Below are positions 43,001 to 58,000 of a stretch of DNA of 64,000 bases, one piece after another. The position numbers and the translations under genes were made by a program. Every line of letters begins with the position of its first letter. Within the stretch, counting starts at the first letter, position 1. The DNA lies in the NCBI GenBank assembly GCA_964057225.1, contig OZ059896.1:20026001-20090000 (forward strand), read 5' to 3'. The notes below the pieces were generated by a model, which was given only the letters and a program-made list of their open reading frames with translations, ran no database searches and was not told the DNA's origin. This DNA comes from Auanema rhodensis (taxonomy: Eukaryota > Animalia > Nematoda).

Positions 43001-44918
43001 GATATCTCGGTGCATTTTTAAGCTAGCGCAAATCTGATAACACAGATCGACGCAGCTTAAAAATCCGCATCGAATGCACTATACTACATTGAGAAACGCT
43101 TAATACAAAAATTAGTTATGATCGTTTGAAAAATGATGCATTAGTGTATGTTGAGTTTCCATGTACACTCAACATTGCTTCCAAAAACATTTTGACAAAA
43201 ATTTTTTCGAAAAATTTCAAAATAATTTAGCGAAAAGTAGATGTTTTTAGATTCCATTTTTCAAGGCAAAGACGATAGACAATGTTATTCAACGAAAAAA
43301 TTAATTCTTCAGGGTGAAAATCGAGGATATAAGTGTGAACTTAAATCAGTTGATATCTCGGTGCATTTTTAAGCTAGCGCAAATCTGATAACACAGATCG
43401 ACGCAGCTTAAAAATCTGCATCGAATGCACTATACTACATCAAGAAACGCTTGATACAAAAATTAGTTATGATCGTTTGAAAAATGATGCATTAGTGTAT
43501 GTTGAGTTTCCATGTACACTCAACATTGCTTCCAAAAACATTTTGACAAAAATTTTTTCGAAAAATTTCAAAATAATTTAGCAAAAAGTAGATGTTTTTA
43601 GATTCCATTTTTCAAGGCAAAGACGATAGACAATGTTATTCAACGAAAAAATTAATTCTTCAGGGTGAAAATCGAGGATATAAGTGTGAACTTATATCAG
43701 TTGATATCTCGGTGCATTTTTAAGCTAGCGCAAATCTGATAACACAGATCGACGCAGCTTAAAAATCCACATCGAATGCACTATACTACATTGAGAAACG
43801 CTTGATACAAAAATTAGTTATGATCGTTTGAAAAATGATGCATTAGTGTATGTTGAGTTTCCATGTACACTCAACATTGCTTCCAAAAACATTTTGACAA
43901 AAATTTTTTCGAAAAATTTCAAAATAATTTAGCAAAAAGTAGATGTTTTTAGATTCCTTTTTTTAAGGCAAAAACGATGGACAATGTTATTCAACGAAAA
44001 AATTAATTCTTCAGGGTGAAAATCGAGGATATAAGTGTGAACTTATATCAGTTGATATCTCGGTGCATTTTTAAGCTAGCGCAAATCTGATAACACAGAT
44101 CGACGCAGCTTAAAAATCCGCATCGAATGCACTATACTACATTGAGAAACGCTTAATACAAAAATTAGTTATGATCGTTTGAAAAATGATGCATTAGTGT
44201 ATGTTGAGTTTCCATGTACACTCAACATTGCTTCCAAAAACATTTTGACAAAAATTTTTTCGAAAAATTTCAAAATAATTTAGCAAAAAGTAGATGTTTT
44301 TAGATTCCATTTTTCAAGGCAAAGACGATAGACAATGTTATTCAACGAAAAAATTAATTCTTCAGGGTGAAAATCGAGGATATAAGTGTGAACTTATATC
44401 AGTTGATATCTCGGTGCATTTTCAAGCTAGCGCAAATCTGATAATACAGATCGACGCAGCTTAAAAATCCGCATCGAATGCACTATACTACATTGAGAAA
44501 CGCTTAATACAAAAATTAGTTATGATCGTTTGAAAAATGATGCATTAGTGTATGTTGAGTTTCCATGTACACTCAACATTGCTTCCAAAAACATTTTGAC
44601 AAAAATTTTTTCGAAAAATTTCAAAATAATTTAGCAAAAAGTAGATGTTTTTAGATTCCATTTTTCAAGGCAAAGACGATAGACAATGTTATTCAACGAA
44701 AAAATTAATTCTTCAGGGTGAAAATCGAGGATATAAGTGTGAACTTATATCAGTTGATATCTCGGTGCATTTTTAAGCTAGCGCAAATCTGATAACACAG
44801 ATCGACGCAGCTTAAAAATCCGCATCGAATGCACTATACTACATTGAGAAACGCTTAATACAAAAATTAGTTATGATCGTTTGAAAAATGATGCATTAGT
44901 GTATGTTGAGTTTCCATG

Positions 44919-47900
44919 TACACTCAACATTGCTTCCAAAAACATTTTGACAAAAATTTTTTCGAAAAATTTCAAAATAATTTAGCAAAAAGTAGATGTT
45001 TTTAGATTCCATTTTTCAAGGCAAAGACGATAGACAATGTTATTCAACGAAAAAATTAATTCTTCAGGGTGAAAATCGAGGATATAAGTGTGAACTTATA
45101 TCAGTTGATATCTCGGTGCATTTTCAAGCTAGCGCAAATCTGATAATACAGATCGACGCAGCTTAAAAATCCGCATCGAATGCACTATACTACATTGAGA
45201 AACGCTTAATACAAAAATTAGTTATGATCGTTTGAAAAATGATGCATTAGTGTATGTTGAGTTTCCATGTACACTCAACATTGCTTCCAAAAACATTTTG
45301 ACAAAAATTTTTTCAAAAAATTTCAAAATAATTTAGCAAAAAGTAGATGTTTTTAGATTCCATTTTTCAAGGCAAAGACGATAGACAATGTTATTCAACG
45401 AAAAAATTAATTCTTCAGGGTGAAAATCGAGGATATAAGTGTGAACTTATATCAGTTGATATCTCGGTGCATTTTTAAGCTAGCGCAAATCTGATAACAC
45501 AGATCGACGCAGCTTAAAAATCCACATCGAATGCACTATACTACATTGAGAAACGCTTGATACAAAAATTAGTTATGATCGTTTGAAAAATGATGCATTA
45601 GTGTATGTTGAGTTTCCATGTACACTCAACATTGCTTCCAAAAACATTTTGACAAAAATTTTTTCGAAAAATTTCAAAATAATTTAGCAAAAAGTAGATG
45701 TTTTTAGATTCCTTTTTTCAAGGCAAAGACGATGGACAATGTTATTCAACGAAAAAATTAATTCTTCAGGGTGAAAATCGAGGATATAAGTGTGAACTTA
45801 TATCAGTTGATATCTCGGTGCATTTTTAAGCTAGCGCAAATCTGATAACACAGATCGACGCAGCTTAAAAATCCACATCGAATGCACTATACTACATTGA
45901 GAAACGCTTGATACAAAAATTAGTTATGATCGTTTGAAAAATGATGCATTAGTGTATGTTGAGTTTCCATGTACACTCAACATTGCTTCCAAAAACATTT
46001 TGACAAAAATTTTTTCGAAAAATTTCAAAATAATTTAGCAAAAAGTAGATGTTTTTAGATTCCTTTTTTCAAGGCAAAGACGATGGACAATGTTATTCAA
46101 CGAAAAAATTAATTCTTCAGGGTGAAAATCGAGGATATAAGTGTGAACTTATATCAGTTGATATCTCGGTGCATTTTTAAGCTAGCGCAAATCTGATAAC
46201 ACAGATCGACGCAGCTTAAAAATCCGCATCGAATGCACTATACTACATTGAGAAACGCTTAATACAAAAATTAGTTATGATCGTTTGAAAAATGATGCAT
46301 TAGTGTATGTTGAGTTTCCATGTACACTCAACATTGCTTCCAAAAACATTTTGACAAAAATTTTTTCGAAAAATTTCAAAATAATTTAGCAAAAAGTAGA
46401 TGTTTTTAGATTCCATTTTTCAAGGCAAAGACGATAGACAATGTTATTCAACGAAAAAATTAATTCTTCAGGGTGAAAATCGAGGATATAAGTGTGAACT
46501 TATATCAGTTGATATCTCGGTGCATTTTTAAGCTAGCGCAAATCTGATAACACAGATCGACGCAGCTTAAAAATCCGCATCGAATGCACTATACTACATT
46601 GAGAAACGCTTAATACAAAAATTAGTTATGATCGTTTGAAAAATGATGCATTAGTGTATGTTGAGTTTCCATGTACACTCAACATTGCTTCCAAAAACAT
46701 TTTGACAAAAATTTTTTCGAAAAATTTCAAAATAATTTAGCAAAAAGTAGATGTTTTTAGATTCCATTTTTCAAGGCAAAGACGATAGACAATGTTATTC
46801 AACGAAAAAATTAATTCTTCAGGGTGAAAATCGAGGATATAAGTGTGAACTTATATCAGTTGATATCTCGGTGCATTTTCAAGCTAGCGCAAATCTGATA
46901 ACACAGATCGACGCAGCTTAAAAATCCACATCGAATGCACTATACTACATTGAGAAACGCTTGATACAAAAATTAGTTATGATCGTTTGAAAAATGATGC
47001 ATTAGTGTATGTTGAGTTTCCATGTACACTCAACATTGCTTCCAAAAACATTTTGACAAAAATTTTTTCGAAAAATTTCAAAATAATTTAGCAAAAAGTA
47101 GATGTTTTTAGATTCCTTTTTTCAAGGCAAAGACGATGGACAATGTTATTCAACGAAAAAATTAATTCTTCAGGGTGAAAATCGAGGATATAAGTGTGAA
47201 CTTATATCAGTTGATATCTCGGTGCATTTTTAAGCTAGCGCAAATCTGATAACACAGATCGACGCAGCTTAAAAATCCGCATCGAATGCACTATACTACA
47301 TTGAGAAACGCTTAATACAAAAATTAGTTATGATCGTTTGAAAAATGATGCATTAGTGTATGTTGAGTTTCCATGTACACTCAACATTGCTTCCAAAAAC
47401 ATTTTGACAAAAATTTTTTCGAAAAATTTCAAAATAATTTAGCAAAAAGTAGATGTTTTTAGATTCCTTTTTTCAAGGCAAAGACGATGGACAATGTTAT
47501 TCAACGAAAAAATCAATTCTTCAGGGTGAAAATCGAGGATATAAGTGTGAACTTATATCAGTTGATATCTCGGTGCATTTTTAAGCTAGCGCAAATCTGA
47601 TAACACAGATCGACGCAGCTTAAAAATCCGCATCGAATGCACTATACTACATTGAGAAACGCTTAATACAAAAATTAGTTATGATCGTTTGAAAAATGAT
47701 GCATTAGTGTATGTTGAGTTTCCATGTACACTCAACATTGCTTCCAAAAACATTTTGACAAAAATTTTTTCGAAAAATTTCAAAATAATTTAGCAAAAAG
47801 TAGATGTTTTTAGATTCCTTTTTTTAAGGCAAAAACGATGGACAATGTTATTCAACGAAAAAATTAATTCTTCAGGGTGAAAATCGAGGATATAAGTGTG

Positions 47901-50885
47901 AACTTATATCAGTTGATATCTCGGTGCATTTTTAAGCTAGCGCAAATCTGATAACACAGATCGACGCAGCTTAAAAATCCACATCGAATGCACTATACTA
48001 CATTGAGAAACGCTTGATACAAAAATTAGTTATGATCGTTTGAAAAATGATGCATTAGTGTATGTTGAGTTTCCATGTACACTCAACATTGCTTCCAAAA
48101 ACATTTTGACAAAAATTTTTTCGAAAAATTTCAAAATAATTTAGCAAAAAGTAGATGTTTTTAGATTCCTTTTTTTAAGGCAAAAACGATGGACAATGTT
48201 ATTCAACGAAAAAATTAATTCTTCAGGGTGAAAATCGAGGATATAAGTGTGAACTTATATCAGTTGATATCTCGGTGCATTTTTAAGCTAGCGCAAATCT
48301 GATAACACAGATCGACGCAGCTTAAAAATCCGCATCGAATGCACTATACTACATTGAGAAACGCTTAATACAAAAATTAGTTATGATCGTTTGAAAAATG
48401 ATGCATTAGTGTATGTTGAGTTTCCATGTACACTCAACATTGCTTCCAAAAACATTTTGACAAAAATTTTTTCGAAAAATTTCAAAATAATTTAGCAAAA
48501 AGTAGATGTTTTTAGATTCCATTTTTCAAGGCAAAGACGATAGACAATGTTATTCAACGAAAAAATTAATTCTTCAGGGTGAAAATCGAGGATATAAGTG
48601 TGAACTTATATCAGTTGATATCTCGGTGCATTTTCAAGCTAGCGCAAATCTGATAATACAGATCGACGCAGCTTAAAAATCCGCATCGAATGCACTATAC
48701 TACATTGAGAAACGCTTAATACAAAAATTAGTTATGATCGTTTGAAAAATGATGCATTAGTGTATGTTGAGTTTCCATGTACACTCAACATTGCTTCCAA
48801 AAACATTTTGACAAAAATTTTTTCGAAAAATTTCAAAATAATTTAGCAAAAAGTAGATGTTTTTAGATTCCATTTTTCAAGGCAAAGACGATAGACAATG
48901 TTATTCAACGAAAAAATTAATTCTTCAGGGTGAAAATCGAGGATATAAGTGTGAACTTATATCAGTTGATATCTCGGTGCATTTTTAAGCTAGCGCAAAT
49001 CTGATAACACAGATCGACGCAGCTTAAAAATCCACATCGAATGCACTATACTACATTGAGAAACGCTTGATACAAAAATTAGTTATGATCGTTTGAAAAA
49101 TGATGCATTAGTGTATGTTGAGTTTCCATGTACACTCAACATTGCTTCCAAAAACATTTTGACAAAAATTTTTTCGAAAAATTTCAAAATAATTTAGCAA
49201 AAAGTAGATGTTTTTAGATTCCTTTTTTCAAGGCAAAGACGATGGACAATGTTATTCAACGAAAAAATTAATTCTTCAGGGTGAAAATCGAGGATATAAG
49301 TGTGAACTTATATCAGTTGATATCTCGGTGCATTTTTAAGCTAGCGCAAATCTGATAACACAGATCGACGCAGCTTAAAAATCCACATCGAATGCACTAT
49401 ACTACATTGAGAAACGCTTGATACAAAAATTAGTTATGATCGTTTGAAAAATGATGCATTAGTGTATGTTGAGTTTCCATGTACACTCAACATTGCTTCC
49501 AAAAACATTTTGACAAAAATTTTTTCGAAAAATTTCAAAATAATTTAGCAAAAAGTAGATGTTTTTAGATTCCTTTTTTCAAGGCAAAGACGATGGACAA
49601 TGTTATTCAACGAAAAAATTAATTCTTCAGGGTGAAAATCGAGGATATAAGTGTGAACTTATATCAGTTGATATCTCGGTGCATTTTTAAGCTAGCGCAA
49701 ATCTGATAACACAGATCGACGCAGCTTAAAAATCCGCATCGAATGCACTATACTACATTGAGAAACGCTTAATACAAAAATTAGTTATGATCGTTTGAAA
49801 AATGATGCATTAGTGTATGTTGAGTTTCCATGTACACTCAACATTGCTTCCAAAAACATTTTGACAAAAATTTTTTCGAAAAATTTCAAAATAATTTAGC
49901 AAAAAGTAGATGTTTTTAGATTCCATTTTTCAAGGCAAAGACGATAGACAATGTTATTCAACGAAAAAATTAATTCTTCAGGGTGAAAATCGAGGATATA
50001 AGTGTGAACTTATATCAGTTGATATCTCGGTGCATTTTTAAGCTAGCGCAAATCTGATAACACAGATCGACGCAGCTTAAAAATCCGCATCGAATGCACT
50101 ATACTACATTGAGAAACGCTTAATACAAAAATTAGTTATGATCGTTTGAAAAATGATGCATTAGTGTATGTTGAGTTTCCATGTACACTCAACATTGCTT
50201 CCAAAAACATTTTGACAAAAATTTTTTCGAAAAATTTCAAAATAATTTAGCAAAAAGTAGATGTTTTTAGATTCCATTTTTCAAGGCAAAGACGATAGAC
50301 AATGTTATTCAACGAAAAAATTAATTCTTCAGGGTGAAAATCGAGGATATAAGTGTGAACTTATATCAGTTGATATCTCGGTGCATTTTCAAGCTAGCGC
50401 AAATCTGATAACACAGATCGACGCAGCTTAAAAATCCACATCGAATGCACTATACTACATTGAGAAACGCTTGATACAAAAATTAGTTATGATCGTTTGA
50501 AAAATGATGCATTAGTGTATGTTGAGTTTCCATGTACACTCAACATTGCTTCCAAAAACATTTTGACAAAAATTTTTTCGAAAAATTTCAAAATAATTTA
50601 GCAAAAAGTAGATGTTTTTAGATTCCTTTTTTCAAGGCAAAGACGATGGACAATGTTATTCAACGAAAAAATTAATTCTTCAGGGTGAAAATCGAGGATA
50701 TAAGTGTGAACTTATATCAGTTGATATCTCGGTGCATTTTTAAGCTAGCGCAAATCTGATAACACAGATCGACGCAGCTTAAAAATCCGCATCGAATGCA
50801 CTATACTACATTGAGAAACGCTTAATACAAAAATTAGTTATGATCGTTTGAAAAATGATGCATTAGTGTATGTTGAGTTTCCATG
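44919..50885. repeat. 7-monomer block duplicated at a 3510-bp (10-monomer) offset: 44919-47375 and 48429-50885
   Basis: Both blocks start with a C229T copy and show the same succession of m93/m114/m207/m255/m290 haplotypes, including the rare C207+G255A+A290G copy at 46674 and 50184. Confidence 0.78.
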
Positions 50886-52289
50886 TACACTCAACATTGC
50901 TTCCAAAAACATTTTGACAAAAATTTTTTCGAAAAATTTCAAAATAATTTAGCAAAAAGTAGATGTTTTTAGATTCCATTTTTCAAGGCAAAGACGATAG
51001 ACAATGTTATTCAACGAAAAAATTAATTCTTCAGGGTGAAAATCGAGGATATAAGTGTGAACTTATATCAGTTGATATCTCGGTGCATTTTCAAGCTAGC
51101 GCAAATCTGATAACACAGATCGACGCAGCTTAAAAATCCGCATCGAATGCACTATACTACATTGAGAAACGCTTAATACAAAAATTAGTTATGATCGTTT
51201 GAAAAATGATGCATTAGTGTATGTTGAGTTTCCATGTACACTCAACATTGCTTCCAAAAACATTTTGACAAAAATTTTTTCGAAAAATTTCAAAATAATT
51301 TAGCAAAAAGTAGATGTTTTTAGATTCCATTTTTCAAGGCAAAGACGATAGACAATGTTATTCAACGAAAAAATTAATTCTTCAGGGTGAAAATCGAGGA
51401 TATAAGTGTGAACTTATATCAGTTGATATCTCGGTGCATTTTTAAGCTAGCGCAAATCTGATAACACAGATCGACGCAGCTTAAAAATCCACATCGAATG
51501 CACTATACTACATTGAGAAACGCTTGATACAAAAATTAGTTATGATCGTTTGAAAAATGATGCATTAGTGTATGTTGAGTTTCCATGTACACTCAACATT
51601 GCTTCCAAAAACATTTTGACAAAAATTTTTTCGAAAAATTTCAAAATAATTTAGCAAAAAGTAGATGTTTTTAGATTCCATTTTTCAAGGCAAAGACGAT
51701 AGACAATGTTATTCAACGAAAAAATTAATTCTTCAGGGTGAAAATCGAGGATATAAGTGTGAACTTATATCAGTTGATATCTCGGTGCATTTTTAAGCTA
51801 GCGCAAATCTGATAACACAGATCGACGCAGCTTAAAAATCCACATCGAATGCACTATACTACATTGAGAAACGCTTGATACAAAAATTAGTTATGATCGT
51901 TTGAAAAATGATGCATTAGTGTATGTTGAGTTTCCATGTACACTCAACATTGCTTCCAAAAACATTTTGACAAAAATTTTTTCGAAAAATTTCAAAATAA
52001 TTTAGCAAAAAGTAGATGTTTTTAGATTCCTTTTTTCAAGGCAAAGACGATGGACAATGTTATTCAACGAAAAAATTAATTCTTCAGGGTGAAAATCGAG
52101 GATATAAGTGTGAACTTATATCAGTTGATATCTCGGTGCATTTTTAAGCTAGCGCAAATCTGATAACACAGATCGACGCAGCTTAAAAATCCGCATCGAA
52201 TGCACTATACTACATTGAGAAACGCTTAATACAAAAATTAGTTATGATCGTTTGAAAAATGATGCATTAGTGTATGTTGAGTTTCCATG

Positions 52290-55097
52290 TACACTCAACA
52301 TTGCTTCCAAAAACATTTTGACAAAAATTTTTTCGAAAAATTTCAAAATAATTTAGCAAAAAGTAGATGTTTTTAGATTCCATTTTTCAAGGCAAAGACG
52401 ATAGACAATGTTATTCAACGAAAAAATTAATTCTTCAGGGTGAAAATCGAGGATATAAGTGTGAACTTATATCAGTTGATATCTCGGTGCATTTTTAAGC
52501 TAGCGCAAATCTGATAACACAGATCGACGCAGCTTAAAAATCCACATCGAATGCACTATACTACATTGAGAAACGCTTGATACAAAAATTAGTTATGATC
52601 GTTTGAAAAATGATGCATTAGTGTATGTTGAGTTTCCATGTACACTCAACATTGCTTCCAAAAACATTTTGACAAAAATTTTTTCGAAAAATTTCAAAAT
52701 AATTTAGCAAAAAGTAGATGTTTTTAGATTCCTTTTTTCAAGGCAAAGACGATGGACAATGTTATTCAACGAAAAAATTAATTCTTCAGGGTGAAAATCG
52801 AGGATATAAGTGTGAACTTATATCAGTTGATATCTCGGTGCATTTTTAAGCTAGCGCAAATCTGATAACACAGATCGACGCAGCTTAAAAATCCGCATCG
52901 AATGCACTATACTACATTGAGAAACGCTTGATACAAAAATTAGTTATGATCGTTTGAAAAATGATGCATTACTGTATGTTGAGTTTCCATGTACACTCAA
53001 CATTGCTTCCAAAAACATTTTGACAAAAATTTTTTCGAAAAATTTCAAAATAATTTAGCAAAAAGTAGATGTTTTTAGATTCCTTTTTTTAAGGCAAAAA
53101 CGATGGACAATGTTATTCAACGAAAAAATTAATTCTTCAGGGTGAAAATCGAGGATATAAGTGTGAACTTATATCAGTTGATATCTCGGTGCATTTTTAA
53201 GCTAGCGCAAATCTGATAACACAGATCGACGCAGCTTAAAAATCCGCATCGAATGCACTAAACTACATTGAGAAACGCTTAATACAAAAATTAGTTATGA
53301 TCGTTTGAAAAATGATGCATTAATGTATGTTGAGTTTCCATGTACACTCAACATTGCTTCCAAAAACATTTTGACAAAAATTTTTTCGAAAAATTTCAAA
53401 ATAATTTAGCAAAAAGTAGATGTTTTTAGATTCCATTTTTCAAGGCAAAGACGATGGACAATGTTATTCAACGAAAAAATTAATTCTTCAGGGTGAAAAT
53501 CGAGGATATAAGTGTGAACTTATATCAGTTGATATCTCGGTGCATTTTTAAGCTAGCGCAAATCTGATAACACAGATCGACGCAGCTTAAAAATCCGCAT
53601 CGAATGCACTATACTACATTGAGAAACGCTTAATACAAAAATTAGTTATGATCGTTTGAAAAATGATGCATTAGTGTATGTTGAGTTTCCATGTACACTC
53701 AACATTGCTTCCAAAAACATTTTGACAAAAATTTTTTCGAAAAATTTCAAAATAATTTAGCAAAAAGTAGATGTTTTTAGATTCCATTTTTCAAGGCAAA
53801 GACGATAGACAATGTTATTCAACGAAAAAATTAATTCTTCAGGGTGAAAATCGAGGATATAAGTGTGAACTTATATCAGTTGATATCTCGGTGCATTTTT
53901 AAGCTAGCGCAAATCTGATAACACAGATCGACGCAGCTTAAAAATCCACATCGAATGCACTATACTACATTGAGAAACGCTTGATACAAAAATTAGTTAT
54001 GATCGTTTGAAAAATGATGCATTAGTGTATGTTGAGTTTCCATGTACACTCAACATTGCTTCCAAAAACATTTTGACAAAAATTTTTTCGAAAAATTTCA
54101 AAATAATTTAGCAAAAAGTAGATGTTTTTAGATTCCTTTTTTCAAGGCAAAGACGATGGACAATGTTATTCAACGAAAAAATTAATTCTTCAGGGTGAAA
54201 ATCGAGGATATAAGTGTGAACTTATATCAGTTGATATCTCGGTGCATTTTTAAGCTAGCGCAAATCTGATAACACAGATCGACGCAGCTTAAAAATCCGC
54301 ATCGAATGCACTATACTACATTGAGAAACGCTTGATACAAAAATTAGTTATGATCGTTTGAAAAATGATGCATTACTGTATGTTGAGTTTCCATGTACAC
54401 TCAACATTGCTTCCAAAAACATTTTGACAAAAATTTTTTCGAAAAATTTCAAAATAATTTAGCAAAAAGTAGATGTTTTTAGATTCCTTTTTTTAAGGCA
54501 AAAACGATGGACAATGTTATTCAACGAAAAAATTAATTCTTCAGGGTGAAAATCGAGGATATAAGTGTGAACTTATATCAGTTGATATCTCGGTGCATTT
54601 TTAAGCTAGCGCAAATCTGATAACACAGATCGACGCAGCTTAAAAATCCGCATCGAATGCACTAAACTACATTGAGAAACGCTTAATACAAAAATTAGTT
54701 ATGATCGTTTGAAAAATGATGCATTAATGTATGTTGAGTTTCCATGTACACTCAACATTGCTTCCAAAAACATTTTGACAAAAATTTTTTCGAAAAATTT
54801 CAAAATAATTTAGCAAAAAGTAGATGTTTTTAGATTCCATTTTTCAAGGCAAAGACGATGGACAATGTTATTCAACGAAAAAATTAATTCTTCAGGGTGA
54901 AAATCGAGGATATAAGTGTGAACTTATATCAGTTGATATCTCGGTGCATTTTTAAGCTAGCGCAAATCTGATAACACAGATCGACGCAGCTTAAAAATCC
55001 GCATCGAATGCACTATACTACATTGAGAAACGCTTAATACAAAAATTAGTTATGATCGTTTGAAAAATGATGCATTAGTGTATGTTGAGTTTCCATG
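52290..55097. repeat. Tandem duplication of a 4-monomer unit (1404 bp x 2)
   Basis: G332C copies at 52641 and 54045; T270A+G332A copies at 52992 and 54396; A93+G114 copies at 53343 and 54747. Confidence 0.87.
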
Positions 55098-58000
55098 TAC
55101 ACTCAACATTGCTTCCAAAAACATTTTGACAAAAATGTTTTCGAAAAATTTCAAAATAATTTAGCAAAAAGTAGATGTTTTTAGATTCCATTTTTCAAGG
55201 CAAAGACGATGGACAATGTTATTCAACGAAAAAATTAATTCTTCAGGGTGAAAATCGAGGATATAAGTGTGAACTTATATCAGTTGATATCTCGGTGCAT
55301 TTTTAAGCTAGCGCAAATCTGATAACACAGATCGACGCAGCTTAAAAATCCGCATCGAATGCACTAAACTACATTGAGAAACGCTTAATACAAAAATTAG
55401 TTATGATCGTTTGAAAAATGATGCATTAATGTATGTTGAGTTTCCATGTACACTCAACATTGCTTCCAAAAACATTTTGACAAAAATTTTTTCGAAAAAT
55501 TTCAAAATAATTTAGCAAAAAGTAGATGTTTTTAGATTCCATTTTTCAAGGCAAAGACGATGGACAATGTTATTCAACGAAAAAATTAATTCTTCAGGGT
55601 GAAAATCGAGGATATAAGTGTGAACTTATATCAGTTGATATCTCGGTGCATTTTTAAGCTAGCGCAAATCTGATAACACAGATCGACGCAGCTTAAAAAT
55701 CCGCATCGAATGCACTAAACTACATTGAGAAACGCTTGATACAAAAATTAGTTATGATCGTTTGAAAAATGATGCATTAGTGTATGTTGAGTTTCCATGT
55801 ACACTCAACATTGCTTCCAAAAACATTTTGACAAAAATTTTTTCGAAAAATTTCAAAATAATTTAGCAAAAAGTAGATGTTTTTAGATTCCATTTTTCAA
55901 GGCAAAGACGATGGACAATGTTATTCAACGAAAAAACTAATTCTTCAGGGTGAAAATCGAGGATATAAGTGTGAACTTATATCAGTTGATATCTCGGTGC
56001 ATTTTTAAGCTAGCGCAAATCTGATAACACAGATCGACGCAGCTTAAAAATGCGCATCGAATGCACTATACTACATTGAGAAACGCTTGATACAAAAATT
56101 AGTTATGATCGTTTGAAAAATGATGCATTAGTGTATGTTGAGTTTCCATGTACACTCAACATTGCTTCCAAAAACATTTTGACAAAAATTTTTTCGAAAA
56201 ATTTCAAAATAATTTAGCAAAAAGTAGATGTTTTTAGATTCCATTTTTCAAGGCAAAGACGATGGACAGTGTTATTCAACGAAAAAATTAATTCTTCAGG
56301 GTGAAAATCGAGGATATAAGTGTGAACTTATATCAGTTGATATCTCGGTGCATTTTTAAGCTAGCGCAAATCTGATAACACAGATCGACGCAGCTTAAAA
56401 ATCCGCATCGAATACACTATACTACATTGAGAAACGCTTGATACAAAAATTAGTTATGATCGTTTGAAAAATGATGCATTAGTGTATGTTGAGTTTCCAT
56501 GTACACTCAACATTGCTTCCAAAAACATTTTGACAAAAATTTTTTCGAAAAATTTCAAAATAATTTAGCAAAAAGTAGATGTTTTTAGATTCCATTTTTC
56601 AAGGCAAAGACGATGGACAATGTTATTCAACGAAAAAATTAATTCTTCAGGGTGAAAATCGAGGATATAAGTGTGAACTTATATCAGTTGATATCTCGGT
56701 GCATTTTTAAGCTAGCGCAAATCTGATAACACAGATCGACGCAGCTTAAAAATGCGCATCGAATGCACTATACTACATTGAGAAACGCTTGATACAAAAA
56801 TTAGTTATGATCGTTTGAAAAATGATGCATTAGTGTATGTTGAGTTTCCATGTACACTCAACATTGCTTCCAAAAACATTTTGACAAAAATTTTTTCGAA
56901 AAATTTCAAAATAATTTAGCAAAAAGTAGATGTTTTTAGATTCCATTTTTCAAGGCAAAGACGATGGACAGTGTTATTCAACGAAAAAATTAATTCTTCA
57001 GGGTGAAAATCGAGGATATAAGTGTGAACTTATATCAGTTGATATCTCGGTGCATTTTTAAGCTAGCGCAAATCTGATAACACAGATCGACGCAGCTTAA
57101 AAATCCGCATCGAATACACTATACTACATTGAGAAACGCTTGATACAAAAATTAGTTATGATCGTTTGAAAAATGATGCATTAGTGTATGTTGAGTTTCC
57201 ATGTACACTCAACATTGCTTCCAAAAACATTTTGACAAAAATTTTTTCGAAAAATTTCAAAATAATTTAGCAAAAAGTAGATGTTTTTAGATTCTATTTT
57301 TCAAGGCAAAGACGATGGACAATGTTATTCAACGAAAAAATTAATTCTTCAGGGTGAAAATCGAGGATATAAGTGTGAACTTATATCAGTTGATATCTCG
57401 GTGCATTTTTAAGCTAGCGCAAATCTGATAACACAGATCGACGCAGCTTAAAAATGCGCATCGAATGCACTATACTACATTGAGAAACGCTTGATACAAA
57501 AATTAGTTATGATCGTTTGAAAAATGATGCATTAGTGTATGTTGAGTTTCCATGTACACTCAACATTGCTTCCAAAAACATTTTGACAAAAATTTTTTCG
57601 AAAAATTTCAAAATAATTTAGCAAAAAGTAGATGTTTTTAGATTCCATTTTTCAAGGCAAAGACGATGGACAATGTTATTCAACGAAAAAACTAATTCTT
57701 CAGGGTGAAAATCGAGGATATAAGTGTGAACTTATATCAGTTGATATCTCGGTGCATTTTTAAGCTAGCGCAAATCTGATAACACAGATCGACGCAGCTT
57801 AAAAATGCGCATCGAATGCACTATACTACATTGAGAAACGCTTGATACAAAAATTAGTTATGATCGTTTGAAAAATGATGCATTAGTGTATGTTGAGTTT
57901 CCATGTACACTCAACATTGCTTCCAAAAACATTTTGACAAAAATTTTTTCGAAAAATTTCAAAATAATTTAGCAAAAAGTAGATGTTTTTAGATTCCATT

